From positions 7,341 through 71,340 of the forward strand of contig JBBSVE010000001.1 in the NCBI GenBank assembly GCA_038233815.1: DNA of 64,000 nt, written 5' to 3'. Origin of the DNA: Rhodobacterales bacterium (GTDB lineage: Bacteria > Pseudomonadota > Alphaproteobacteria > Rhodobacterales > Rhodobacteraceae). Numbering within the stretch: the stretch's first letter is position 1; each line of letters begins with the position of its first letter. Of this stretch, positions 8,989 through 17,957 are shown in pieces. The notes under the pieces are model-generated. The model worked only from the letters and a program-made list of their open reading frames with translations. It had not been told where the DNA came from and ran no database searches. The position numbers and the translations under genes were made by a program.

Positions 8989-9951
8989 CTATCGGTCGAT
9001 CACGAGGGACGGACCCTCGAAGCGGGACACGCAGGGCATGATCTTGCGCCCGCCCGCCTTTTCCTCGTCGGTGAGCCAGTGGTCGCGGTGGAGGAACGTG
9101 CCCTCATGGCTCAGCACATCGGTTTCGCACTGCCCGCAGGCCCCACCACGGCAGAGATAGGGTGGTTCCAGCCCCGCAGCCTCCAGTGCCTCGAGAAAGC
9201 TCTGGTTCTCCCCCACCGTGAGGGTCCGGCCGGACCTGGCCAGCGTCACCTCGAAAGGCTTGCCGGGCTGGGGTGCCAGAAACTCCTCATGGTGCACGGT
9301 GGCGTCGGGCCAGCCGAGGCCGCGCGCCGTGTCGCGGACCCAGTCGATCATGCCCTTGGGTCCGCAGACATAAAGATGCGTGCCGAGGGGCTGCCCGGTC
9401 AAAAGCGCGTCGAGGTCGATCTTCTGGCCCATATCGTTGAGGTAGAGGCGCACATGGCCGGGATATTGCGCGGCCAGATCCTCGGCATAGGCACCGATCG
9501 CCGCAGACCGCACGGAATAGTGCAGCTCGAAATGGCCATCCGTCGCACCGAGCTGCTGCATCTGCGCGATAAACGGCGTTATGCCGATCCCGCCCGCGAT
9601 CATCAGGTGTTTCTTCGCCCGGTGATCCAGCGGGAAGAGGTTGACCGGCATGCTCAGCACCATCCGGTCCCCGGCATTCACGGTGCGGTGCATGAAGAGC
9701 GACCCGCCACGCCCCGCCTCGTCGCGCCGGACGGAGATCATGAAGCCGGAAAGGTCGTGTGGGTCCGACATCAGCGAATAGGGGTTGAGCCGCGTGACCT
9801 CGCCGTCGCGCATCTCGATCACCGTATGCGCGCCGCCGGAGAAGGCGGGCATCGGCGCGCCGTCCGTCCGCTCGAAGCGGAAGCGTTTCACGAGATCGTT
9901 GACCTCGATAACCTCGGCCACGGTCACGTCGATCTTGCGGGAGGCGGTCAT
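8989..9951 (-). CDS. dmmB: PDR/VanB-type FMN/NAD(P)H reductase with C-terminal plant-type 2Fe-2S ferredoxin (DmmB)
   Basis: Internal start MTASRKIDVTVAEV at 9951 overlaps the dmmA stop (ATGA). Flavin reductase fold (RLNPYSLMS, IAGGIGITP) and a C-terminal CRGGACGQCE...C cluster motif. The 482-aa track ORF is over-extended. Confidence 0.85.
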   Translation of the reverse strand: MTASRKIDVTVAEVIEVNDLVKRFRFERTDGAPMPAFSGGAHTVIEMRDGEVTRLNPYSLMSDPHDLSGFMISVRRDEAGRGGSLFMHRTVNAGDRMVLSMPVNLFPLDHRAKKHLMIAGGIGITPFIAQMQQLGATDGHFELHYSVRSAAIGAYAEDLAAQYPGHVRLYLNDMGQKIDLDALLTGQPLGTHLYVCGPKGMIDWVRDTARGLGWPDATVHHEEFLAPQPGKPFEVTLARSGRTLTVGENQSFLEALEAAGLEPPYLCRGGACGQCETDVLSHEGTFLHRDHWLTDEEKAGGRKIMPCVSRFEGPSLVIDR

Positions 9952-10553
9952 GGGTAGATCGCTTTCACGGGCGGGATGAGGCCCGGATCCTCGGCATCGA
10001 CGCGCACGCCCTGAAACGCGGCGAGCCGGTGCGAGTAATGGTCCCGGACATAAAGGTGTAGCCCGCAATGGGCGCAGACGAAGGGATCGGTCGCGACGTC
10101 CTCGGTGATTCCCTTGCAATGGACGCACTGCATCCGCCGTGCGGTCGATCCGCGATGCTCGCGCTGGATCGCCTCCATGGGAAAGCCCGCGATCACCGCC
10201 TCCTGCATTGCCTGACCGATGAAGCCTTCGGTCCCGGCGATGTAGATCCGGAGACCCATGTGCGCGTCCGTCAGCGCCTTGCGAAGAACCGGCACCGCGG
10301 CCAGATAGGTCGGGGCCACGTAAAGCTGCGCGGGCGCCAGCGCTTCTACCCTTTCCCGTCCTGCCGCGTGATCCCCGGCGACGTAGATCACATGCGCGCC
10401 GGCCATCAGATCCGGTGCGGCCTCTGCGAGATCGCACAAGGCCTTCACGCCTTCACCGCTCGCCAGCATCAGATGCGCCGTGCCGGGCCCGGCCGCGAGC
10501 GCCGCATAGACAGGCCGGCTCTCGATCGATTTTGGAAACTGGAATGCGGGCAT
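9948..10553 (-). CDS. dmmA: dimethylamine monooxygenase subunit DmmA-family protein
   Basis: 201 aa, positioned between the GcvT-like and reductase genes. C-terminal CVHC-N13-CAHC four-cysteine motif. ATG at 10553. Confidence 0.7.
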   Translation of the reverse strand: MPAFQFPKSIESRPVYAALAAGPGTAHLMLASGEGVKALCDLAEAAPDLMAGAHVIYVAGDHAAGRERVEALAPAQLYVAPTYLAAVPVLRKALTDAHMGLRIYIAGTEGFIGQAMQEAVIAGFPMEAIQREHRGSTARRMQCVHCKGITEDVATDPFVCAHCGLHLYVRDHYSHRLAAFQGVRVDAEDPGLIPPVKAIYP

Positions 10554-10622
10554 CGTCCGGACATCCCCCTTTGCTGATACGGGATCGAACCGGCGGACGC
10601 TTCGGCCCGCCGGTCTTGCGGC

Positions 10623-11762
10623 CTACCCTTTCGCGGTGCGGCGCTTCTTGTCGGTGTCGTAGAACGGCATCGAATGGGTCGTGGCGGCGATGTCGCCATG
10701 CGTCCCACATTTCACCGTCAGCTTCGTGCCGTCGTTGGCGCAATCCACGGGCAGGCGGGCGATGGCGATCGTGTGCTCGTTCAGCGGCGAATACATCGCC
10801 TGCGTCACGACCCCCACCTTTTCGTCGCCCCGGAATACCGGTGCGCCGTTGCCGGGCGCGTTCTTGCCCTCCAGCGTCAGACCCCAGATCTTGAAGCGTT
10901 CGTGGCCCTTCAGGCGGTAATGCTCCTCCGCGCCGCGAAAGCCAGTCTTGCCGGGCGAAACGGTGAAGTCGAGACCCAGTTCCCACAGCGTATCGCCGGG
11001 GCCTTCGTCGGCAAAGGGATACATCTCCGAATTGTCGTAGGGGAAAAACAGCAGGTAGCTCTCGGTGCGGAGCAGATCGAGCGTGGTGAAGCGGCAGGGT
11101 ATGATGCCCATGTCCTTTCCCTCGTCGAGGATGCGGTCCCAGATCCGCCCCGCCTCCTGCGCGCGGCAGAAGATCTCGTAGCCACGCTCCCCGGTATAGC
11201 CGGTGCGCGAGATCATCACCGGAAAGCCGAAGAGCTGCGTCTGCATGTGGCTGAAGTAGTTGAGATTGCGGATGCCCTCGACATGCTTTTGCAGGAAATC
11301 GACGGCGAGCGGGCCTTGCAGCGAGAGGTCGTGCAGATTGTCGTCAAAGCGGACGGACACATCGCGACCGTTCGCCGCCATGGTCAGCTGCTCGAACCCC
11401 GCGCCCGCGCCGTGGACCACCATCCAGGCGTTCGGCCCGGTGCGGTAGATCACACAATCGTCGACGAACTTGCCCGCGTCGTTCAGCATCGCGGCATAGG
11501 TCGACCGACCCGGCATGATCTTCTCGACGTTGCGGGTGGTCGCGCGGTCGATGACGTGGCTCGCACCCGCGCCGGTGATGTGGACCTTCTTCAGCCCCGA
11601 CACGTCCATCAGCCCCGCCTTCGTGCGGATCGCGAGATATTCCTGTTCCGGGTCGCCGGTCGTGTAGGACCAGGCCGTGCCCATGCCGCTCCAGTCCTCG
11701 AGCTCCGATCCCATGGCCCGGTGACGATCGGCCAGGGCCGAAATCCTCCAAGATGCCGTCAT
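10623..11762 (-). CDS. dmmD: GcvT-family aminomethyltransferase-like, tetrahydrofolate-binding protein (DmmD)
   Basis: MTASWRISALADRHRAMGSELEDWSGMGTAWSY... shows glycine-cleavage T-protein family features (GLMDVSGLKKVHITG, GYTGERGYEIF). GAGGAG RBS precedes ATG 11762. The track ORF is extended to 11927. Confidence 0.85.
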   Translation of the reverse strand: MTASWRISALADRHRAMGSELEDWSGMGTAWSYTTGDPEQEYLAIRTKAGLMDVSGLKKVHITGAGASHVIDRATTRNVEKIMPGRSTYAAMLNDAGKFVDDCVIYRTGPNAWMVVHGAGAGFEQLTMAANGRDVSVRFDDNLHDLSLQGPLAVDFLQKHVEGIRNLNYFSHMQTQLFGFPVMISRTGYTGERGYEIFCRAQEAGRIWDRILDEGKDMGIIPCRFTTLDLLRTESYLLFFPYDNSEMYPFADEGPGDTLWELGLDFTVSPGKTGFRGAEEHYRLKGHERFKIWGLTLEGKNAPGNGAPVFRGDEKVGVVTQAMYSPLNEHTIAIARLPVDCANDGTKLTVKCGTHGDIAATTHSMPFYDTDKKRRTAKG

Positions 11763-11855
11763 TGAAGTCTCCTCAAGCAATTTGTGGTCCCGGAGGTCCG
11801 GTTCCGGTTCTATGCGGCGCCCGCACACCATGGCCCCTAAACGCCGACGTGGGGC

Positions 11856-11884
11856 GTATAGTTTTCGCGGCCAAAGCCGTCGAA
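11856..11884 (-). promoter_or_regulatory. candidate sigma70-type promoter for dmmDABC
   Basis: The minus strand reads TTCGAC-N17-CTATAC, close to the alphaproteobacterial CTTGAC-N17-CTATAT housekeeping consensus. It lies about 90 nt upstream of the dmmD ATG. Confidence 0.25.
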
Positions 11885-11958
11885 ATCCTGAGCCTGTGTG
11901 CTTCGGCTGGCGGACCAGAGCGCCCATTCGGCCGACACCAGAGAGCCCACGCGCTGCT

Positions 11959-11987
11959 TTGTCAAATATTTCTTTGAGGAAATAATT
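11959..11987 (+). promoter_or_regulatory. candidate mgsA promoter (TTGTCA-N16-AATAAT) with embedded inverted repeat operator
   Basis: This is the only AT-rich patch in the 294-bp divergent dmmD/mgsA spacer. -35 TTGTCA is at 11959-11964 and -10 AATAAT at 11981-11986. An imperfect inverted repeat AAATATTTC-N6-GAAATAATT (8/9) spans the spacer. Confidence 0.35.
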
Positions 11988-12056
11988 ATTCCCTTATTGT
12001 TGCCGGACGCTGCGCCGACTGCTAGCGTAAGCCATCCTCATGCAGGGAATCGAGAT

Positions 12057-12953
12057 ATGTGCGGCATCGTCGGACTCTTCCTCAAGGACAAATCGCTGGA
12101 GCCGCAGTTGGGCGCCATGCTGACAGACATGCTCGTCACCATGACCGACCGCGGCCCCGACAGTGCGGGCATCGCGATCTATGGCGGCGCGGGCGACGGT
12201 CGGGCCAAGATGACGATCCAGTCCTCCGACCCGGATAGTGATTTCACCGGTCTGGATGGCATCCTCGGCGACGCGATCGGATCGCCCGTGTCGATCCGTG
12301 TAAAGAGCTCCCATGCCGTGCTCGACATTCCCGAAGGCAAGGCCGACGCCGTGCGCGCCTCCCTGCGCGGAAGTCATCCCGACGTGAAGGTGATGAGCGT
12401 CGGCGACAGCCTCGAGATCTACAAGGAGGTGGGTCTGCCCAAGGACGTGGCGGCGCGCTTCGATCTGGCCTCGATGGGCGGCACGCACGGGATCGGCCAT
12501 ACGCGGATGGCGACCGAATCCGCCGTGACGACGATGGGGGCGCACCCGTTCTCCACCGGTTCCGACCAGTGCCTCGTGCACAACGGCTCGCTGTCGAACC
12601 ACAACAGCTTGCGCCGGATGCTGGCGCATGAGGGCATCTTCACCGAGACGATGAACGATACCGAGGTCGGCGCGGCCTACCTCACATGGAAAATGAAAAC
12701 CGGCTCCACGCTGGGCGAGGCGCTCGAAAGCAGCCTCGACGATCTGGACGGGTTCTTCACCTTCGTTGTCGGTACCCATGACGGGTTCGGTGTGGTGCGC
12801 GATCCCATCGCCTGCAAGCCTGCCGTGATGGCGGAAACCGACCGGTATGTGGCCTTCGGGACCGAATATCGCGCGCTCGTGAACCTGCCGGGCATCGACG
12901 CCGCCCGCGTGTGGGAGCCCGAGCCCGCCACCGTCTATTTCTGGAAGCACTGA
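12057..12953 (+). CDS. mgsA: class-II glutamine amidotransferase, N-methylglutamate synthase subunit A
   Basis: Starts MCGIVGLF (Ntn Cys2, GltB N-domain type). First of three genes that together resemble a split glutamate synthase large subunit. The track ORF is over-extended from 11898. Confidence 0.85.
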   Translation: MCGIVGLFLKDKSLEPQLGAMLTDMLVTMTDRGPDSAGIAIYGGAGDGRAKMTIQSSDPDSDFTGLDGILGDAIGSPVSIRVKSSHAVLDIPEGKADAVRASLRGSHPDVKVMSVGDSLEIYKEVGLPKDVAARFDLASMGGTHGIGHTRMATESAVTTMGAHPFSTGSDQCLVHNGSLSNHNSLRRMLAHEGIFTETMNDTEVGAAYLTWKMKTGSTLGEALESSLDDLDGFFTFVVGTHDGFGVVRDPIACKPAVMAETDRYVAFGTEYRALVNLPGIDAARVWEPEPATVYFWKH

Positions 12954-12958
12954 ACGCC

Positions 12959-13648
12959 ATGCAGACATTCGACCTCGAGGCGCAGGGCCTGCGCGCCCTG
13001 AACTCCGCCCTCCACGCACTGAAGGGCCAGACCAACGAGACGGCGTGGGAGGTGATCAACCCCAAGGGCGCGCATTCCATCGCGGTGGCGCTCGATGCGC
13101 CGATCGAGGTGACGGTGCGCGGGCCGACGGGCTATTACTGTGCCGGCATGAACAAGCAGGCGACGGTGCGGGTCGAGGGCTCCGTCGGGCCGGGCGTCGC
13201 GGAAAACATGATGTCGGGCGCGGTGATCGTGGACGGCAATGCCTCGCAATATGCCGGGGCCACCGGGCGCGGCGGGCTGCTGGTCATTAAGGGCAACGCC
13301 AGTTCGCGTTGCGGCGTGTCGATGAAAGGCATCGACATCGTGGTGCATGGCAATATCGGCCATATGTCCGCGTTCATGGCGCAGTCGGGCAACCTCGTCG
13401 TGCTGGGCGATGCGGGCGACGCCCTTGGCGACAGCCTCTACGAGGCGCGGCTCTTCGTGCGCGGATCGGTCAAATCGCTCGGCTCGGACTGTATCGAGAA
13501 GGAGATGCGGCCGGAGCATCTGGAGATCCTAGGCGATCTGCTGAAAGCAGGGGAGGCGGATCATCTGGCCCGTCCCGAGGATTTCAAACGCTATGGCTCG
13601 GCCCGCAAGCTCTATACCTTCAATATCGACAATGCGTCGGACTACTGA
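12959..13648 (+). CDS. mgsB: GXGXG-motif (GltB C-terminal domain-like) protein, N-methylglutamate synthase subunit B
   Basis: Beta-helix GXGXG-type repeats (EGSVGPGVAENMMSG, GNASQYAGATGRGG, GNASSRCGVSMKG, GNIGHMSAFMAQSG, GDAGDALGDS). ATG at 12959, 6 nt after the mgsA stop. Confidence 0.85.
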   Translation: MQTFDLEAQGLRALNSALHALKGQTNETAWEVINPKGAHSIAVALDAPIEVTVRGPTGYYCAGMNKQATVRVEGSVGPGVAENMMSGAVIVDGNASQYAGATGRGGLLVIKGNASSRCGVSMKGIDIVVHGNIGHMSAFMAQSGNLVVLGDAGDALGDSLYEARLFVRGSVKSLGSDCIEKEMRPEHLEILGDLLKAGEADHLARPEDFKRYGSARKLYTFNIDNASDY

Positions 13649-13654
13649 GGTTCC

Positions 13655-14980
13655 ATGACCGAATTTCCCAAGACCCCCCCGCGCTACTCCGCCACCTTCA
13701 CCCCTGCCGTCAACGCCGAGATCCGGCGCGCGGCGGCGTCGGGCATCTATGATATCCGGGGCGGTGGCACGAAACGCCACCTGCCGCATTTCGACGACCT
13801 GCTGTTCCTCGGCGCCTCGATCAGCCGCTATCCGCTGGAAGGCTACCGCGAGAAATGCGCGACTGACGTATGGCTCGGCACGCGGTTCGCGAAAAAGCCG
13901 ATCCATCTGGAGATCCCCGTGACCATCGCGGGCATGTCCTTTGGCGCTTTGTCGGGGCCTGCGAAAGAGGCATTGGGGCGCGGCGCGTCGGAGGCCGGAA
14001 CCTCCACCACCACCGGCGACGGCGGCATGACGGAGGAGGAGCGCGGCCATTCCCGCACCCTCGTCTACCAGTATCTGCCGAGCCGCTACGGCATGAACCC
14101 GGACGATCTGCGCCGCGCCGATGCGATCGAGGTCGTAGTGGGGCAGGGCGCCAAACCCGGCGGCGGCGGAATGCTTCTGGGACAGAAGATCTCCGATCGC
14201 GTGGCGAAGATGCGCAACTTGCCCAAGGGCATCGACCAGCGTTCGGCCTGCCGTCACCCCGACTGGACCGGCCCGGACGATCTGGAAATCAAGATCGCCG
14301 AGTTGCGCGAGATCACGGATTGGGAAAAGCCGATCTACGTCAAGATCGGCGGCTCGCGGCCCTATTACGACACGGCGCTGGCGGTGAAGGCCGGTGCGGA
14401 CGTGGTGGTCCTCGACGGGATGCAAGGCGGCACGGCGGCGACGCAGGATGTGTTCATCGAGCATGTCGGCATGCCGATCCTCGCCTGTATACCGCAGGCC
14501 GTGAAGGCATTGCAGGAACTGGGGATGCACCGGAAGGTGCAACTGATCGTGTCGGGCGGCATCCGAACCGGCGCGGATGTGGCGAAGGCGATGGCGCTCG
14601 GGGCCGATGCGGTGTCGATCGGGACCGCCGCGCTGATCGCACTCGGCGACAACGATCCGAAATGGGAGGCTGAATATCAGAAGCTCGGCACCACGGCGGA
14701 CGCCTATGACGACTGGCACGAGGGCCGCGACCCTGCGGGCATCACCACGCAGGATCCCGAACTTGCGGCGCGGTTCGATCCGGTGCTCGGCGGGCGGCGT
14801 CTGAAGAATTACCTCAAGGTCATGACACTGGAGGCGCAGACCATAGCGCGCGCCTGCGGCAAGAACCACCTCCACAACCTGGAGCCGGAAGACCTCTGCG
14901 CCCTGACGATGGAGGCGGCGGCGATGGCGCGTATTCCTCTCGCCGGCACTGACTGGTATCCGGGCAAGGCTGGATTCTGA
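13655..14980 (+). CDS. mgsC: FMN-binding glutamate synthase family protein, N-methylglutamate synthase subunit C
   Basis: 441 aa with GltB FMN-domain features (GAKPGGGGML, VLDGMQGGTAA, SGGIRTGADVAKAMALGADAV). Confidence 0.88.
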   Translation: MTEFPKTPPRYSATFTPAVNAEIRRAAASGIYDIRGGGTKRHLPHFDDLLFLGASISRYPLEGYREKCATDVWLGTRFAKKPIHLEIPVTIAGMSFGALSGPAKEALGRGASEAGTSTTTGDGGMTEEERGHSRTLVYQYLPSRYGMNPDDLRRADAIEVVVGQGAKPGGGGMLLGQKISDRVAKMRNLPKGIDQRSACRHPDWTGPDDLEIKIAELREITDWEKPIYVKIGGSRPYYDTALAVKAGADVVVLDGMQGGTAATQDVFIEHVGMPILACIPQAVKALQELGMHRKVQLIVSGGIRTGADVAKAMALGADAVSIGTAALIALGDNDPKWEAEYQKLGTTADAYDDWHEGRDPAGITTQDPELAARFDPVLGGRRLKNYLKVMTLEAQTIARACGKNHLHNLEPEDLCALTMEAAAMARIPLAGTDWYPGKAGF

Positions 14981-15005
14981 CGCAAACGGCGGGAGGCTTT
15001 GAGGC

Positions 15006-16313
15006 ATGGCCAAGACACTGGCTGACTACGCGACGAAGAACGGGATCAAGTTCTTCATGATCTCCTACACCGACCTGTTTGGCAGCCAGCGCGCCAAGCT
15101 CGTGCCCGCGCGGATGATCGGCGATATGGAGGAGGACGGCGCGGGCTTTGCCGGTTTTGCCACATGGCTCGACCTGACCGCCGCCCATCCCGACATGATG
15201 GCGGTGCCCGATGCCTCGGCAGCGATCCAGTTGCCGTGGAAGCCGGAGGTTGCGTGGCTTCCCGCCAACCCGGTGATGGAAGGGCGACCCGTCGATCAGG
15301 CGCCGCGCAACGTGCTGCGCCGTCTGGTGGACGAGGCCGCGAAGGAAGGTCTGCGCGTCAAGACCGGGGTAGAGCCGGAATTTTTCCTTCTGGCACCCTG
15401 CGGCACCAAGGTCGCCGACGAGAACGACACCGCGAAAAAGCCCTGCTACGACCAGCAGGCGATCATGCGCATGTATGACGTGATCACACAAGTCAGCGAC
15501 TACATGCAGGATCTGGGGTGGGAGCACTACCAGAGCGACCATGAGGACGCGACCGGCCAGTTCGAGATGAACTGGAAATATGACGACGTGCTGGCCACGG
15601 CCGACAAGCTTTCCTTCTTCAAGTTCATGCTCAAATCGGTGGCGGAGCAGCATGGCCTGCGCGCGACCTTCATGCCGAAGCCCTTTGAGGGCCTGACCGG
15701 CAACGGGATGCACGCGCACATTTCGGTCTGGTCGACGGACGGCAAGACCAACGCCTTCGCCGACGAGGCGCACCCGCTGGGCCTGTCAAAGCAGGGGCAC
15801 CATTTCCTTGGCGGGATCATGAAACACGGCTCCGCCATGACCGCGATCTGCAACCCGACGGTCAACAGCTACAAGCGGATCAACGCGCCGCGCACCGCGT
15901 CGGGGGCGACATGGGCGCCCAATTCGCTGACATGGACCGGCAACAATCGCACGCACATGGTGCGTGTTCCTGGTCCAGGTCGGTTCGAACTGCGCCTGCC
16001 CGACGGGGCCACAAACCCTTACCTTCTGAACGCCGTGATCCTCGCGGCAGGTCTCGACGGCGTGCGGTCCAAGGCCGATCCCGGCCCACGGTCGGACATC
16101 AACATGTATACCGAAGGCCACACGATCACCGGGGGGCCGAAGCTGCCGCTGAACCTTCTGGACGCACTGCGCGCCTATGACGGCGACACGGTGCTGAAAT
16201 CCATGATGGGGGAGGAATTCTCCGCCGCCTTCGTCAAGCTCAAGCGCGAGGAATGGAACAGCTACGTCTCCCACTTCTCCGCGTGGGAGCGGCAGAACAC
16301 GCTCGACATCTGA
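15006..16313 (+). CDS. gmaS: glutamine synthetase family protein, gamma-glutamylmethylamide synthetase
   Basis: 435-aa GS-type catalytic domain (EPEFFL, NGMHAHISVW, NSYKRI, RVPGPGRFELRLPDG) immediately downstream of mgsABC, as in described NMG-pathway clusters. Confidence 0.8.
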   Translation: MAKTLADYATKNGIKFFMISYTDLFGSQRAKLVPARMIGDMEEDGAGFAGFATWLDLTAAHPDMMAVPDASAAIQLPWKPEVAWLPANPVMEGRPVDQAPRNVLRRLVDEAAKEGLRVKTGVEPEFFLLAPCGTKVADENDTAKKPCYDQQAIMRMYDVITQVSDYMQDLGWEHYQSDHEDATGQFEMNWKYDDVLATADKLSFFKFMLKSVAEQHGLRATFMPKPFEGLTGNGMHAHISVWSTDGKTNAFADEAHPLGLSKQGHHFLGGIMKHGSAMTAICNPTVNSYKRINAPRTASGATWAPNSLTWTGNNRTHMVRVPGPGRFELRLPDGATNPYLLNAVILAAGLDGVRSKADPGPRSDINMYTEGHTITGGPKLPLNLLDALRAYDGDTVLKSMMGEEFSAAFVKLKREEWNSYVSHFSAWERQNTLDI

Positions 16314-16452
16314 GGCTTTTGCCATTCGGGTGGACTGTCGGCGTCATTCTTTGTAGGGGAGCGGCAGGGATCGCCCGCCGACACCGATTGCACGGGGCGC
16401 GCGCTGTCCGGTGGGGCAGGCCCGCAATCCGGCCTCGGAGGGGCGAAGTTTC

Positions 16453-17943
16453 GTGATATCACTCGACGACTACCGCGATCAGTGGTTCGGCAACGTCCGC
16501 AACGACCTGATGGCGGGAATGGTGGTGGCGCTGGCGCTGATCCCGGAGGCCATCGCCTTTTCGATCATCGCGGGGGTGGACCCGAAGGTCGGGCTCTACG
16601 CCAGCTTTTCCATCTCGGTGCTGATCGCCTTTGTGGGCGGGCGACCCGGCATGATTTCTGCCGCGACGGCCGCGACGGCGGTGCTGATGGTGACGCTGGT
16701 GCGCGACCACGGGCTGCAATATCTGCTGGCGGCGACCGTGCTGGCGGGATTGCTGCAGATCGGGATGGGCCTTCTGAAGCTGGGCTTTGTCATGCGCTAT
16801 GTTTCGAAATCGGTGATGACCGGATTCGTTAATGCGCTGGCGATCCTGATCTTTCTGGCGCAGTTGCCGGAGCTTGACCCCTCCCGGGTGCCGATGCTGA
16901 CCTATGTTCTGGTCGCGGCGGGACTTGGCATCATCTACCTCTTCCCCCGGCTGACGAAGGCCGTTCCATCGCCGCTGGTCACGATCGTCGTGCTGACCGC
17001 GCTGACGCTGGGTTTCGGCCTCGAGGTGCGGACGGTGGGCGACATGGGCGCGCTGCCCGACACGCTGCCGATCTTCATGATCCCGCAGATCCCGCTGACG
17101 CTGAAGACGCTGCTGATCATCCTTCCCTATTCCATCGCCGTGGCGGTGGTGGGGCTTCTTGAAAGCCTGATGACGCAGACCATCGTCGACGATCTGACCG
17201 ACACAACGTCCAGCCGGGATCAGGAGTGCATCGGGCAGGGCATCGCGAACTCCGTGACCGGGTTCATCGGCGGCATGGCAGGATGCGCCATGATCGGCCA
17301 GTCCACGATCAACGTGAAGTCCGGCGGGCGGGGGCGGCTTTCCACGTTCGTCGCGGGATTGCTGCTGCTGATCCTCGTGACGGCGCTTGGCGATTTCGTC
17401 AGCCGGATCCCCATGGCGGCGCTTGTTGCGATCATGATCATGGTCAGCATCGGCACATTCTCCTGGTCGTCGATCAAGGCGCTGAGGACGCATCCGAAAT
17501 CGTCCTCGGTCGTGATGCTCTCCACCGTCGTGGCGGTGGTCTGGACCCACAATCTCGCCATCGGCGTGCTGGTCGGCGTGCTGTTGTCGGGCATCTTCTT
17601 CGCGGCCAAGATCGCGCAGCTTTTCCGCATCACGTCGGAGGCGAGCGCCGACGGGCGGGTCCGCACCTACCGCGTGGAGGGCCAGATGTTCTACGGCTCG
17701 GTCGAGGATTTCATGGCCGCCTTCGACTTCCGCGAGGCGCTCGACCGCGTGGTGATCGACGTGTCGGCGGCGCATATCTGGGACATCTCCTCGGTGCAGG
17801 CGCTCGACATGGCAGTGCTGAAATTCCGCCGCGACGGTGCCGAGGTGGAGATCGTCGGCATGAACGCGGCCTCGGAGACCATCGTCGACAAGCTCGCCGC
17901 CCATGATAAACCGGGGGCAATGGACAAGATGATGGCGCATTGA
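16453..17943 (+). CDS. SulP-family anion permease with C-terminal STAS domain
   Basis: [24 protein letters not shown] is the SulP signature region. A STAS domain follows ([15 protein letters not shown]...[15 protein letters not shown]). GTG 16453 has GGAGGGG about 9 nt upstream. An alternative GTG lies at 16411. Confidence 0.85.
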   Translation: MISLDDYRDQWFGNVRNDLMAGMVVALALIPEAIAFSIIAGVDPKVGLYASFSISVLIAFVGGRPGMISAATAATAVLMVTLVRDHGLQYLLAATVLAGLLQIGMGLLKLGFVMRYVSKSVMTGFVNALAILIFLAQLPELDPSRVPMLTYVLVAAGLGIIYLFPRLTKAVPSPLVTIVVLTALTLGFGLEVRTVGDMGALPDTLPIFMIPQIPLTLKTLLIILPYSIAVAVVGLLESLMTQTIVDDLTDTTSSRDQECIGQGIANSVTGFIGGMAGCAMIGQSTINVKSGGRGRLSTFVAGLLLLILVTALGDFVSRIPMAALVAIMIMVSIGTFSWSSIKALRTHPKSSSVVMLSTVVAVVWTHNLAIGVLVGVLLSGIFFAAKIAQLFRITSEASADGRVRTYRVEGQMFYGSVEDFMAAFDFREALDRVVIDVSAAHIWDISSVQALDMAVLKFRRDGAEVEIVGMNAASETIVDKLAAHDKPGAMDKMMAH

Positions 17944-17957
17944 TGGAGGCCGGTGAC

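Noticed and set aside
11778-11795. Sigma-54-like GG-N10-GC element (GGACCACAAATTGC on the minus strand) just upstream of dmmD.
   Set aside because: The -12 GC lies only about 15 nt before the ATG, so the predicted start site would fall after the strong GAGGAG ribosome-binding site. The -24 half also matches TGGCAC poorly. In addition, the NtrC and NtrX encoded here lack the sigma-54 contact motif.
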